A DNA stretch of 62,575 nt, counting the filler, from Catajapyx aquilonaris (lineage: Eukaryota): NCBI GenBank assembly GCA_000934665.2. It is 3 parts of 3 records of this genome, joined end to end, with 100 filler letters (N's around TTAATTAATTAA, not from the genome) between each part and the next. Parts side by side here need not be neighbours in the genome. Positions count along the whole stretch, not along the records: positions 1 to 20,798 come from JYFJ02006191.1; 2 more parts are not named here. One strand, 5' to 3'. Numbering within the stretch: the stretch's first letter is position 1; each line of letters begins with the position of its first letter. The notes below the pieces were generated by a model. That model saw only the letters and a list, made by a program, of their open reading frames with translations. It was not told the DNA's origin and did no database searches. Below are positions 1-13,360 of this stretch, piece after piece. A program made the translations under genes and the position numbers.

Positions 1-196
1 ACACATAATTACCAAATTTACAAGTAATCCTCCTCCTTATCCGCTGGCAACCCCAGGATTTTGGGAAAGAGCCGTGAAGAATGATGATGAACTAATTGAT
101 AATAAAATTGATAATGAGACAACTGTTGTTTGTGGGGGGCGCTCATTGTTGTTGGTTGATTGGCTGGTTGGTAGGTTGGTTGATTGTTGCAGGTGT

Positions 197-430
197 TGTA
201 TTTGTCATGTATCATTGGTGACTCCCTTGACGACATACTCCACGTTATTGTTGCCAGCCCTGTAGTGGTGATGCTGGTATTTGTCATGCTTCATTGGTGA
301 CTCCGTTGACGACAAACTCCAGGTTATTGTTGCCCGCCCTGTAGTGATGGACCTGGTATTAGTCATGCTTCACAGGTCAGTCCGTTGACGACGAACTCCA
401 GGTTATTATTTCCAGCTCTCTAGCGATGCT
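197..430. repeat. Three diverged tandem copies of a ~79-bp unit
   Basis: GTATT(T/A)GTCATG recurs near 198, 277 and 356, each followed by GACTCC..TTGACGAC...CTCCA.GTTATT-like sequence. Confidence 0.85.
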
Positions 431-1525
431 GGGTAAGTGGGTAGGCCCGGGCGGGAACACGTAGCGCCGAAGGGGCGCCAATTGGGGCGCAGCCCCAAGG
501 GGGGGTGTGGGGGGGCGGAGCCCCCCCGCCTCGCAAAGCGAGTCACCTTCTATGTTTGCTTGCATTTTGGCGGGAGGTTCTCTGTGGTCTGGGTTCAATA
601 CAGCGCAGCGTCCACCTCAGGAAGTTCATCTAAAGTACCTTATGATTATTATATCCACATGCAAACTTAGTAAAGAACATAATTATATTATGGTACAGAT
701 AATATTATTTATTCTGCTTTATTGGCCAAATATAGTTTTACATAATGCATATACATTTATTAAAGTACTTATTAATAAGGACATTGAGCTTAATCGGGTG
801 TCCCAAACCAGCCATCATAGAATTTCTCTAGGCTCAAAAGCTGGAGTACGTCTTTACTTTAACTTTGAGAAATTTACATTCTTCCAATTCATTTTTGTTA
901 TCAATAATGAAGTAGTAGCTGCGATTTAATCATGCATGGCAGATCATTTTTTTTACCTTGTTCTTGGCAGTAGTTTGGGTCCCCAGCAATTTAGGAACTA
1001 TATTGCATAAGTTATTTAAAATAATAATAAAACACATTGTTTCTCACTACCGCTCACGTTCCCCTTTGAGGAATATTATTTTGTCTGATCATCAACAATC
1101 TAGGCACAACTAGATAATCACAATTTAAGGGAACGGTATACTTTAATTTTTATTATTCATTCGAATGCCATCGACAACTTTTGATGCCTGGCATCGTCAC
1201 TGTTCTTTGTGAAACAGGGTGGTATTTACAAATTAATGGGCTTGAACGAATGCAGGTGCCTTTCATGCGTTTATAAAGGTTAGAAATTGCCTTATTTCAA
1301 TGAAGTATTTCGAAATGTAAAGCGTCATAAAAGATGTATATTTTTTCATTGCTCTGCGCTATATTCACAACCTTTTCTAGCTCTAAGATTCATCGTTTTT
1401 CGCAGACCTATTCATACATACATCTCATGGCTTTTAATCTAATATGGTCCGCTTATAGAATGCATAATTTTTGTGGTTGAAATGACTAGATTCACGCAAG
1501 AATGGGAAAAAAGCAATTAAAGAAG

Positions 1526-4500
1526 TTACTTCGGTGCCACTGCAGGCACCGTTGCCCTTTGATACCATCTCAGAGCAGGTCTGATGGTGAAGAAGTATAC
1601 CAGTTCTGCCCCACTTACGAAGCTGAATCCTATGAAGAGGCCCACTATGCCACCAAAAGCAGCTGGAATGAAATGATAATCATTGTTGACACCTAATAAT
1701 TCAATGCTAAGGTCATTTCTTAGGGCAAGGAGATTCCTCAGTCAAACTCATCCGACATGATTGAGCTTGATTAGTTTTTGTCAGCAATTAATAACAATTA
1801 TTGCAATCTGACCAAATTTTTTTTGGTGCTCCCTAACCCCGAAACCCTAGAAAGTTTCCAGTTTCGGAAAATTCCAGTTTCCAATCTAAAATGTCGCAAA
1901 CTCTCCGAAATTATCGGATGCCCAAAAGTAAGTTAATATTAAAACATGGTAGCCACTGCATACAGCAAACCTCTGCTGTCAATTTGCCTGATGGCGGCTG
2001 GCACACGGGCCAATGGGACGAACCGATTTTGAGGTGGTATGGAAGCACAGGGTTTACTTGCAGTTTTAATTCACGGTGGGCACGTGACAACAGGACTTTA
2101 GTAATTATTTATTTATGGAGGACGGCCCGGCATCGCCTTTCGTCCAGCACCTACGGGATAGGATTGCAACGGTAACTCCTGATATGATTGATAGGGGTTG
2201 GCACAACACCGATTACCGCCCTTTTTTATCTGCCGTGCGACACATGAAGCTCATATCGAAACAAACATACTAAGGTGATACCAAAACTTTAGACCTTTCG
2301 TAGCATTTCAAAACTTAAATCATTATACATTATCTACAAGTTTCCGAGTTGTAGGGTTCATAAAATGAGACATTCTTTTTCGATGACCCTGTATAATAAG
2401 TTAATTAAGGTGGATATGAACCTACAGATTACTATCTGATTAATTTCATGAAATTAACATACTCAATAGTTTGAGATATCTTATTTCAATGGCACCAAAG
2501 AATTACACATTCCCTTGCAAATTAGCTCACAGGGTGACTCGGAAGTTGGCAATTAATATTGTGAATTTTGACTTTCCCGAAAAGCATCTTACAGTTAGAC
2601 ACCTGAGAATTTTAAAACAAAATATGGAAAAGGTGGCTATTAATGTATAATATAATTTGCGCCTGCTTCTTCATCTCTGACTACGCGTACCTTATTTATA
2701 GGGAATGTCGTGATGGTGATGATGATGATGACTATCCGAAGTTATCGTTTTCGACGCCACGCTGCTAATGTAACATGGTAGCAAGAATGTTAGTGAAGAC
2801 ATACCATAATATGCTTACCGATAAGATCATTTGCTGTATATTGCAAGTCTCGGCTGTACTGCACAAATGTTAGCTCTTTGAAAAACACTCGCAAGAGCAC
2901 CAAATCTTTCCTGCAAATACGTTGCGTGTCATCCATTTATGTAATCAATATATGCCATTCCATACTTACTTGACAACTCCTTCGGGTACTTCCAAATCAT
3001 TCTCAAACATGGGGAAATTAGCGTTGCTTATCTCTGGGATGTAATTCACTTCTTCGCAACTAGGCTGGCACTTGCAATTTTTCATTGATTCTTTCATATC
3101 CAAACCTGCAGGAATTCCGTCACGTGGCGTAATTGATGAAAACCTTCCTGTAAATATTAATTCGTGTATTTATTTAGGTGACAAATAGAAATGTGTTGCA
3201 ATTGACAAGAAAATCCACAGATACACTTACGCGAATTACTGGTGATGCACAGAGTTCCAGTGTAATTACACAGTTCGACGCCTTCTGTAAAAAGTATATT
3301 TACGATGATTTTGTAGACTCCTGAGCATGTTAGTTGTCTTAGTTAATACGGTACACCCAGTTCACCCCGATGGCTATAATACAGTGCAGATTTTTGACAC
3401 TTACTCAGTGCTGCGTAGAGATATGGAACGCATCCGCATATTTTTTTCATGGAAGCAACCTGACACTCCAAAAAGCAGTTGGCGTAACTGTAACTGTCGT
3501 AGAATTTCAGTTTGTTCTCATCCGGATATCGGCACTTTCGGTAGATTTTATTAGTTTTTTTTACGTTATCTGTGCTTTTGGTGAGAGTGGCAGTCACAGC
3601 TACAAACACTTCCTTCCCAGAATTGACCAAAAATGCTTGGGTTCCCACACTGGGAAAATCCCCTGGGAAGTGGACCAGTACCTGAAAATTATGAAAGTAG
3701 TTAGTACTAAAACAATAATATTCAGATGTCAATAAGTGATGCGTGCATAATGAATAGGCTGAATGGAGTATGTTTATAGAAACTGTTATTGCATGCTTAG
3801 AAATTCTAAGAAGCATTCAATGTCGCACGAAGTGTGTTATACCTGTTCCAGTCACACATTGTCTCCAATTGATCAGCAACCAGACAAACAACCCAAGGCA
3901 TCAAACGCCCAAGCAACAGTGGCCACGATTGAGGAGGATTAACAATTTGTAAAGTGGGACACATTAGTGTCACCTGAGGTTTCCACCCAAGGCCTAGCGC
4001 CTAGGCCCGGCCACGGAACCGGTCGTGGGCGTGGGAACTTTATGAACGCCCCTCGTATGTATTGACGTAGCTATTCTGTGGTGGAAATCGCTTGGGAATT
4101 CGTTTCTGTAAAATTAACCTTTAACTACAAGGTGTAGTATCATGGGGTCTCTGGTGACCCCAAGCTTAGGAAAATTTACTGTGTCATGTGACTAATTATG
4201 CAAAATTCAAACACGTTTGGGTATGATTCGAATATAATTATCTTCCGTTAATTTGGGTGAGATTGTGCCAGGTGGAGTGAGATTGTGCTAGAGCATTTTT
4301 GGACAACAGTGCGCCCTACTGGGAGAAAGCTTAAACTAGCGAATTTAAGCATGTTTCACTACATTGAGGGATGGTCAAGGTTGGTAACGACTAGTAAATT
4401 TCGCGGAAGGGGGCACTGTCGTCCAAAAAATGCGCGGGCACAATTTCACCCTACCTGGCACCATCTCACTCCAATGGAGCCCTAGCCTACATTTTGCAAA

Positions 4501-7500
4501 CCTATGTAAAAAAATCCTCCTTATTTTAAAATGAATTTTGGTGTTTCTTGTTTGAAGAAATACGTACTGTACATGATAGTTTTCGAGCTATGATCGATCT
4601 ACGTTCATAATAATTGTATCGTATTGCCCTCTGTCGTTGCTGTCGCTAAACAGATCGGTGCAGAGGAAGGAATGCACCCGGGCTGTTTTGTTCTTTTGTT
4701 TGTTGCCTAACACGGAATCGAACGACCGCGAGGCAACGGCCTGCTGACGTCACTGTCGTTAGCTTGGCTATGCAGGAGTGGGAATATGCTTTTTAGGCCA
4801 CGCTACCGTTTTTCCCGACAATTTGCGAATGATTTTTAAACCCCCGATAATATGATTGTATCGAGTAATGACATTTTGGTGCCGAAAAGTGGTGGAATAC
4901 ATGTTTATATGTGTGGTTGAGCTATTCGTGTACAAATTACCCAAATCCCAGGCCAAGGCTAGGACCCCATTGACGGTTTTCCTGTATAATTTCCTTGAAA
5001 TTAATAAAATTCAGGGCTATCAAAAACTGATATAATAAAGGTGGGGTGGCTCTGGCTCTGGACCCCATTTAAATTAGCTGGCCAGCATTAAAAAATAGAG
5101 GTAAGTTCCAAAACCTCGATGTACAGTTCTAGGACGGTTCTTCTTGATTTTGCGAACCAAATGTTTCACTGCTGGAACAAGTATGCTCTATCTCCAATTC
5201 ATTGCGAAAATGTTTAGTATTTTCCAAATAAAAGACCTGCCTTAAATCCATGCAAGAAGTTACTGTACGAGTAATATTGGTCCACTTCAGGATTGAGCAG
5301 TACTGTCAGTCCCATGTTTGGTCCAGCGCCATTAACTCTTTTAGGAACAAAACCATTATCTTCCCATGTAAATTGACTTGAACCAGAGTCGTGATGCTTC
5401 GGTATGGTGCCTCCTGCTGCGGATTGCTGTGCAGCTGTTTCCAAGCGTGTGCCCTCGGTAGCCTCACTTGGTGGCTCCTGAACAGCAGGCTCCGTTGCTC
5501 GACTATCATATGCGTCCTCACCACCACTAAAGCAGTGCAGGGTTTGAAAGATAAGGATATGCAGTAAAACCTCGATACAACGGTCTTCAAGAGACCGCCC
5601 AAAAGTAGCGTTGCGTGGTATAGCGTTATAAGCGGGATATCGTTATATGCGGGAAGTGCGATTTAATTCACCCTTTTTTCAGGAAATGAATGCCTTCACT
5701 GTTGCTATGTAGATTGAAGCATATAAACCAGGTTTACCACAACTGATCTGCCCACGTACCAGGTACAGTGCCGAAAGTTTATGACCACCCCCATCCAGAG
5801 GTTTTTCATTTCTCATGCTTAAACTTACGGTGAAAATTAAAAGTGTAAGGTACGGTTGAAACTTGAAAGCGTTTTCAAAAGAGCTATAAAACAAAAAAGA
5901 AATTGTCTTCCGACTGTTATTCTAGGTTCCACGTATTTTAATTTTGCCTTTTAAAAATATCACAAAAATTTCTTTCAATGTGTAGCCGAATTAGAATTTT
6001 CAGTTTCACAATTTCAGTCACTTTCCTCCCTATAATCGCGATTATGGGGAGGGAAGTGACGGAAATTGACGCTATATGGGGTTAGGTTTCTCTAGGGACC
6101 AGGGAAATCGAGCGGTATATTAGGGAAAATTTACCATTGGTCCTTATGGGGATGATCAAGGGACCGGAAAAGGGAGGCGTATAAGCGTTATAGGCGGGAG
6201 AGTTATATCGAGGTTTTACTGTATAATACAAGTAGGCTATTATCATTATTATGTTAATATTAATTGTTTTAATGCATCCTGCTGCAGAATTTTATAAAGA
6301 AAAGCGATTTCCTCCTGGCAAGTAGGCTACACTTGGGCTACTATTCATAATTATATGCACCGTTTAACCAGATTACTTTGTAACCCTTTCTTCGCCCTAA
6401 CCAACATTATGTAAGTGGTTGTATATGATATTCATATACCGGTACTAACTTATGTAAGTTATAATATTATTGACTAGATGGATGCAAGTAGGGGTACTTA
6501 CACAAGTATGCTTATATGGGATTAGGCATATAGAACGTCGAGGAGGAAAAGCCTCTGACAGCTAGGAGGAGGAATCATCTTGGTTGTTTGTGTACAATGA
6601 GCTGGTGTTTGAGAGTGGTGTAATGCTCCGGTTAGTCAATGACGATTACATTTTTTTATACAAGTACAAGAGTAGGTCATTTTCAAAACTAGTCTGTCTA
6701 TTTCATAACGAATCTATCGGAAAACACTAATTTCTGATTTAGAGATTGAGATTTACCTGGTATCCGAGTCGCTTGCGTTTGCCTTCATAGGTTTTGAGTT
6801 GAAACCCCAGCAATAGCCTTCATCGGTACGTCTGATTTCGAACAAATCACTGCAGTTGAATCGTTGGCCTATCCACCAACATTTCACAGCCATGGTGTCA
6901 AGGGGCGGTATCACCTGCACAGTTTATGAATCTAATCATGATGCAATAACGAGAATATGAATATTGCTGTTGTGGTTGATATGCACACCTTTCTCATGAG
7001 ATCATCTATCAGGCCCCCATGGGCGTTGACAATTCTTCGAACATTTTCGTCAAACTCGTTTCCACTGCTCAATCTCACCTGTCCCACATTAGCCATCAGA
7101 TCAATCACTTTATCAATTAAAGAGAGTGAATAATTGCTCCACCTGCAAAAATGTAAAGAAAGTGTTGGCAAAATGTAATACCAATGACTTAAACCATTCT
7201 ATCGAAGTGCTATCGGTCGCGAAAATAATATTTTCTGAATGTCGGTGCGTGAGCTTCTTCTTCCCCATTATCATATTAGGCCTACTGCTACTCAGTTAAA
7301 GGACCTACTGCAAAAATCAGTTAACCCATACGTATCCCCAAGGTGGAAATTGATTCCTTATTCATTATCTTCAGCATGTAATACACCTTTTGGACATGTG
7401 CCAAAATGTAACGTAGCTTTTATAGATAATATGACATGTATTTTCCAATCACTTAAACTTTAGACTTAATTTTCTTCATTTTTACAAAATATGGGTTAGC

Positions 7501-8316
7501 CCATAATTTATTGAAGTGACTGTGAGAGTGGAAAAAACAAATTTTACGTTTGTTAAGTGCTATTTCAGGCAATAATTGTCACTGCAACAGATGGTTCAAA
7601 ATATTACGTGTTATATGCAGGGCTTCCAATTGAACATCTGATTTCTTGGAACTAAGCTCTGCTTTTCTTTGATATTAATTTTCTGTCAGTATCTTATTTG
7701 ATCTTGCCGTTGTGAGTAACAAGACTAACCGCTAATGATTACTTACGGAGAGGTTCCCGACGCGTTGACGACATTATCTCTTTTGGCCTTGTTGATGTTG
7801 CATATGGTCACTGCTGGAAAGGGTATGTTCCAAATGGGTTCTGCTGTAGACTCGATGGTTGTCGCAATCGGAGTATCCAAATATCTAGCGAAATATGGCA
7901 TCAGGAACAAGACAGCTCCAGAAAGGGCTGCCGCACAGATCAAAAACCATAAAATTCTGCGAATAAACGCAAGCAAATAAGTGACAGGAAATATTCCATC
8001 CCCTATTCTTCCAGGTAACGAACCTTTCGCACAAAATGTTGGCGTCTTGAGTGATGTACTTGAAACCATGCAAGGAAGTGTTTTCTGTGTAGGTTTTTAC
8101 AATCGCATAAGCAGCTGCGGCTTTGTCACCAGATCGTGTCGGCCTCGGTGACTGTGACCCGTTTATCTGTTGTAGTTTCTGATTCAGCGACTTGGAACAC
8201 ATTTCCTTCTCCCAGGAGTACACGGGCCATATCGGCGCCGGTTGTTTTTTGGACCAGACTGAAGGAAATACCAGCCATGGCTTTTGGTATTCGATATGCT
8301 CCCTGTCGCGATACAT
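1526..8316 (-). CDS. ppk: Pickpocket-family DEG/ENaC sodium channel A, complete, 10 exons (~612 aa)
   Basis: Exons 8316-8024, 7956-7747, 7142-6989, 6914-6757, 5526-5241, 3681-3405, 3284-3231, 3147-2970, 2910-2819 and 1662-1526 sum to 1839 nt in frame. Motifs: TSLHG, TM1 ILWFLICAAALSGAVLFL, FPAVTICN, TDEGYCWGFN, GLTVLLNP, YSYANCFLEC..CGCVPY, CKCQPSC, TM2 FGGIVGLFIGFSFVSGAELVYFF. Confidence 0.93.
2145..2393. mobile_element. Dispersed Tc1/mariner-type MITE end (second copy ~19595-19848)
   Basis: CAGCACCTACGGGATAGGAT.GCAAC..TAACTCC is shared with ~19598; both copies end in ..CCTGTA, i.e. a terminus followed by TA. Confidence 0.6.
4255..4473. mobile_element. TIR-bearing MITE in ppk-A intron
   Basis: GGAGTGAGATTGTGC..GCATTTTTGGACAACAGTGC is inverted as GCACTGTCGTCCAAAAAATGC..GCACAATTTCACCC..ATCTCACTCC. 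Confidence 0.6.
5562..6221. mobile_element. Tigger/pogo-like MITE
   Basis: TIRs CAGTAAAACCTCGATA.AAC ... GTTATATCGAGGTTTTACTG; TA on the right flank, TG on the left. Confidence 0.85.
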
Positions 8317-8569
8317 CTGTCAATTATGTAGTAGCATCTGGAAAGGAAGCATTATTGCATCAGTGCCAAACTGAACTGAAACAACGCTTTTTGTGAAAAA
8401 TGACAAAATACTGTAAGCCATGTGGCTCACTGTGAGTTATAGCCTAAATTATGTTGTGTCTAAAGGCACTCTAAATCTGTTAGTGTGGAAGGGTCAAATA
8501 TGAGAGACAGCACATACGTGTGTCACAGGGCACATATTTGTAGTTTTCTGCATCATAATGTGTCCTTTA

Positions 8570-10710
8570 ATCTGACGCAATGGAGGTGATGTTGACTGTT
8601 TTGTAATATTTAGACGTAATTAAAAGCTAAACCAAAACGAAACAGTTTTTTGCAAGCCGTCTATAAGCTGGACATGCGATTTAGCCTGCAACAGTGCACG
8701 CATCAGCTTCTTGATCCTTATGTAATAATAAAGAAAATGAATAAAAATGATTGTAGCGTGCCCGAGAAATGTCCCGCATCAAATTATTATCCAGCTGTAT
8801 TAATGGCAACCTTGAATGAAAGCAATGACCTCTCTAGGGGAAGCTCAAATTCACTATAGTAAGATATAATATTATCTGATTTTTTGAGGTGTGGAGTTGT
8901 CGTGGCGAGAATGGGCGTGGAGAGTTTGATGTATTTTTGGCTTTCGTTCCAAGACTTATTAATTGCTATTTCCGACAATAATGGACCACTTCTGTTACGT
9001 ATTATAGGTTTATAGCAGCAAGAGTGCGTCGCAATAGATGCCGAATGATCCTTTTATTTTTATGGGGAATATGACTAAACTGTTCCTTTAAAAGTTTCAG
9101 CAAATGGTATTTACTGGCTTTATTGTACTACTGTAAGAACTCAAGTGTAGTGAAGATTGTGGTAAAAAAGTGGATGTATAGAGCCAGGATCGTTTGGCCA
9201 AATCATGTTTTTTTGACAAGGAGTCGACTACGTTTTGCTCGTTTAATCTCCTATTTTCTTGTTCTTGTTTTTAAAAAATGTTGCGATTTTTAGTAAAGTG
9301 AAGTAAGCAAGGCCATATCACATTTTTGAAAAAAAACACTTTTGATGTCGACTGTCGTAAAAGTATTGATTGATGTTACCATTCATGTACAACATTTGTA
9401 TGGATGAAGCACGTATGTGTCTCTTTATTTGGAATATGATATATCATTCATGTACAGTACAGTATACGTGTGACGTTATAATTATAATCAAAGGCAAAAT
9501 CGCGGGGAAAATATGCGGTACAATATTTTCCAAGCGCACTGGGCAAGTCCATATTGTGACCTTTTCTCCTGGGAAAAGGGTAAAATAATCCCTGCGATAA
9601 TTTTCAAGTTTCCCTGTCAAGTTCCCTTTCATGGAAATAAAAGATCAACCCTTCTTGTGGCATACGTATATGGCAAAGAGATCTGGCCAAGGGGTTAACC
9701 ACTCGACTGAAAAGTGTACACTGGAGTACCTAATTCAAAGAGTACCAAGGAGTACCAAAGAGTAAAGTACCTAAGGAGTACCTGGGAGTACCACTTGCAG
9801 GTGTACACCGGAGTACCGAAGTGATTACCCCCTGGGAGTACCTGGGTCCTGGGAGTACCACTGCAGGTGTACACCGAAGTACCGAAGTGGTTAACCCCTT
9901 GGATCTGGCTCAACCTACATAGTTCCAAATTCAGGGCAGGGCCATTTTAAAAACGTGGTATCCATCCCATGTGAAAAGAATATACCGTACAATAGCTTAA
10001 TAATACAAAAAAATAACATCAATGTAAATAATTAACAATTAGAATTATATGAAGGTTGTATGGTAATATATCAATATCTCTGCAAGCAATATTGATCCGT
10101 GATCCATAAATTTTTCCATTGTGGTAGTGTGAGAGTTCAAGAGAAACCCAGATATTTTACACTGTATACCGGTACTTGATTGTTTATTGTTGAAATAACA
10201 TGAAAGTCTGTGATTTTTAATGGACGGACCAGAAAAGTTTCGTTCTATTTTTGGGAACATGAGGAGGCACGGGCCATTGAGGCAGCACTTTTCATAAGGG
10301 GAAAACAACATAAATGATCACCAGATATATCTGCCTAATTTATAAGTACATAAATTTTTAACTCACACTACTGAGTGAAAGTTGATGTCCTTCTGGCACT
10401 TAAGACATATCTTCTTCACAACCAACGATCGTATGTTGTGTGCAGATAGACTCTTGTCTGCTCCAGATTGAATTATGACATTTCCCCCGTAAATGATGCG
10501 GAGGAGTTGCGTGGACTTTGACCACTCTAGAGGGGCTTTTTTAAACTATTTAGAACGTGACTATAAGTGCAAGGTTTCTGCGTCAAAATTTCACCACATC
10601 GACCAGGCATCAATTAGCGGATCTCTCCTAGAAATCCCTCTCTCGCGTGACCCAACTGACAATGGACTCTTCGTTGGACGTAATAACCTCTGATGGACGC
10701 ACAGGGGCTA
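8570..10710 (+). mobile_element. Highly decayed non-LTR (LINE) reverse-transcriptase remnant, copy 1
   Basis: Broken RT-like motifs in order: AVYKLDMR..HQLL (~8657), GPLLLRII (~8983), TLVCSRLNY (~10450). Segments align by eye with 13790-14650. The duplication is certain; the LINE identity is inferred. Confidence 0.45.
9688..9901. mobile_element. CAAGGGG-TIR MITE with 8-bp TSD (P/hAT type), copy 1
   Basis: TIR CAAGGGGTTAACCAC...GTGGTTAACCCCTTG; TSD GATCTGGC on both sides; internal GAGTACC repeats. Confidence 0.92.
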
Positions 10711-11639
10711 CCCCTGCGTGGTCATCTGTAACCCAGGCACATACAACATGGTCTTCCCATTGTGTCATTGTCAGAAAATAGCAATCCGGTTCTTTGTTAT
10801 CTGCCTTTTTCTCTCTCGTAATAAGGCCAAGGTGTTTCGCAATTACGATCATGAATGGCGGTTATAATGCCATTTCCATGACTTCGCAATCTTTTCATGC
10901 GTTATGAAGTCGGATGGTAATCGTAGTTTGGAAACACAGTGACCTTTCATGGTCACCCTAAACTTTGTCGCTGTGGTCATTAGCGTTTGTATTCCTTGTA
11001 CTTGTTGGTATGCAGATTATGAAGCTACTACTCGTTAGTAAGAGTAGACCATCGACCGCCCTTGACATTGTCAAGGAATTTGCAAGCCTAAGAAAACATC
11101 ATGTAGGTCAAGATACAAAAGGTATATACACAAAAGGTGTGGTCTTTTGTAGCATGCAGCGATGGTTTAAAAAACTAGCTACTCATCCTACGGATAGACA
11201 GATAGACGGCTCTGTGTGGATAATAGAGTGTGATTGATTTTAGGCGTAACCGATACAGTACCGTCTAACTTCAGCTTCCGATAGTGAGCGGAAGAGAAAA
11301 TGTGAAATAGAAGAGAATTGAAGAATTTAAAAGTATAAAAAAGTCTAAATCCCCATGAAAAAAGTGAGAATATTTATGTTTTTCATTCTATGGCGATTTT
11401 TTCGCCTTTTCTAATCCTTCTCAAGTTCACGATATGGCATTACTATGTGATTTGACACAGATAATGCAGTTTATAGTGGGATCTTATTAGATACAATAAT
11501 CAAGCATACCTAGTAGAAAAGACCACGGTGGTCTGACGGGGGTATTCACTCTGGCCTATGCGCTTCTTTTTTCAACCAGTGTTGTGCCCTCTATTGGTAA
11601 CAGACACCAAATGCTAGCGAATAAATAATTGGCATCCTA

Positions 11640-12037
11640 CTGTCTGATTTATTTAACTACCAACAGACGTCATCAAGCCCCCTCCTCCTCCTCCTCCACC
11701 CGTCCACCCCTCCATGGACGACTGTATACTTGACTAGTTGTTACCAACCTAACCTCACACATGTGGTATCACAAACAATGTTGTAATTACATCGTAGTGA
11801 TCATACGACATACATTTGTGAAATAAATTATCAATGCGAGTGTTCATTGACACTCTGTGTATTCCCTTGTCATGGGCAGGAAGGAACAGCGTTGACTAGA
11901 CGGTACTATATTACATTAATGGTGACAGCTCGGTGACCACGTGTGGGGTTAGGTTGGTACTAACAAGTACAGTACGTGGAGGGGTGGAGGAGAAGGGGGC
12001 TTGATGACGTCTGTTGGGAGTGAAATAAATAAGACAG
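11640..12037. mobile_element. Long-TIR MITE with TA TSD
   Basis: CTGTCT..TTTATTT.ACT.CCAACAGACGTCATCAAGCCCCCT is inverted at the right end; flanked by TA. Confidence 0.8.
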
Positions 12038-12155
12038 TACGGAAAGGTACTGTACAGTACACATGAACCTTGCACAACAGGCAAAAAGGCCAGGCAAGTG
12101 GATTGATTTATTGGCTGATTAGACTCATAATGTCACAACACGTTCCCGTACAGTA

Positions 12156-12279
12156 CAAGGGGTTATAACCACTTCGGTACTCCAGTGTACACCTGCAGTG
12201 GTACTCCCAGATACTCCTTAGTACCTTACTCTTTGGTACTCCAGTGTACACTTTACAGTCGAGTGGTTATAACCCCTTG
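12156..12279. mobile_element. CAAGGGG-TIR MITE, copy 2
   Basis: CAAGGGGTTATAACCAC...GTGGTTATAACCCCTTG with the same internal GGTACTCC/GTGTACAC motifs; no clean TSD. Confidence 0.85.
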
Positions 12280-12829
12280 GTTCCATCCCTAACACTCTCT
12301 ATAAGCTAGTGGCTACTCTTATCTCACATATTTCTTTATAATGCCATATTGTAATCGTGAAACTGGCTTGACCATTACACAGTACATCAGTACATGTAAC
12401 GGTCGATACAGTTTGCAGTACCTCACTCAATTTTAAGAACATAATTATGACTAATTGCATTTCATTTCAGGTCATAAGATGAATATTGTTTTGGTTTGAA
12501 CTGCGATAGATTATTACTGCTATAGCTTCAGCGTATTATAAGGAGTTACCATCAGCTTCGGCCCTCCCTACAGATATGACAAACAAATCTCGCTCGATAT
12601 GACTATTTTGAGCGAACTAACAATGCCGCTAACTGTTCCAGCTGGTGGTAATATTGTAGCAGGATCTGCTTTATTCATCGCCAGATGTATTGTCAATTAG
12701 ATTTAGATAGTCTGTCTTGTTGTTGAGAGGTAGTTTGATTTCACCTGTTGTCGTTACTTTTAGACGAACTATAACTTTGGAAATCAGTACCGTCTATTGA
12801 AAACTAAATCAAGCAAAAGAATTATTATT

Positions 12830-13096
12830 GAGGGGTGTGGTGTAAAAAGTGATAACCCACAAAAGTGTAATTTTTCAGGACAGCGAATTGAAGTTTGCAC
12901 TCTCTTCACAAATCATAGGGAATGCGGGTTTTGATCTACAGTAATTGTAGTCTGTGTTGCCGTATCATGCATGATACGTGAACTTGGAATATACCAAACT
13001 GTTAGTCGTGTCTTTTACATAGTTTCTAGGTGTTTAGGTAAAAAATGACAAAAATGCGGGTTATCAGTTTATCACCTTTTTTCCACCACACCCCTC
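12830..13096. mobile_element. GAGGGG-TIR MITE, possibly Sola-like (61-bp derivative at 17970-18030)
   Basis: TIR GAGGGGTGTGGTG...CACCACACCCCTC; flanks TATT/AATT here and ATTT/ATTT at the short copy, suggesting a 4-bp AT-rich TSD. Confidence 0.75.
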
Positions 13097-13360
13097 AATT
13101 GATGAATTTGGCCGTGTTATTGGCTATAGATCTTTTAATGTACCCAACACATTCATCTGAATGTGGAAAGACAGAACAACATTTCTCAGCATAAAAAATA
13201 ATTATTGCTAAATGGACAGTACCGGTATTGTACCTGTTGTGGTTATGTCTGTTTCACTGGTCATGCTGATGAACTTGTTGTGGCCATCTCGATTTTTTTT
13301 CGAATGTTGTCCTCTTTATTAGGAAATTAACAATTAATGACAAACCCGTGAATTTTTTGA

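Noticed and set aside
6502..6600. Extra ppk-A exon with a GTAAGT donor
   Set aside because: The acceptors I tested give stops in the required phase, and exons 4 and 5 join in frame without it.
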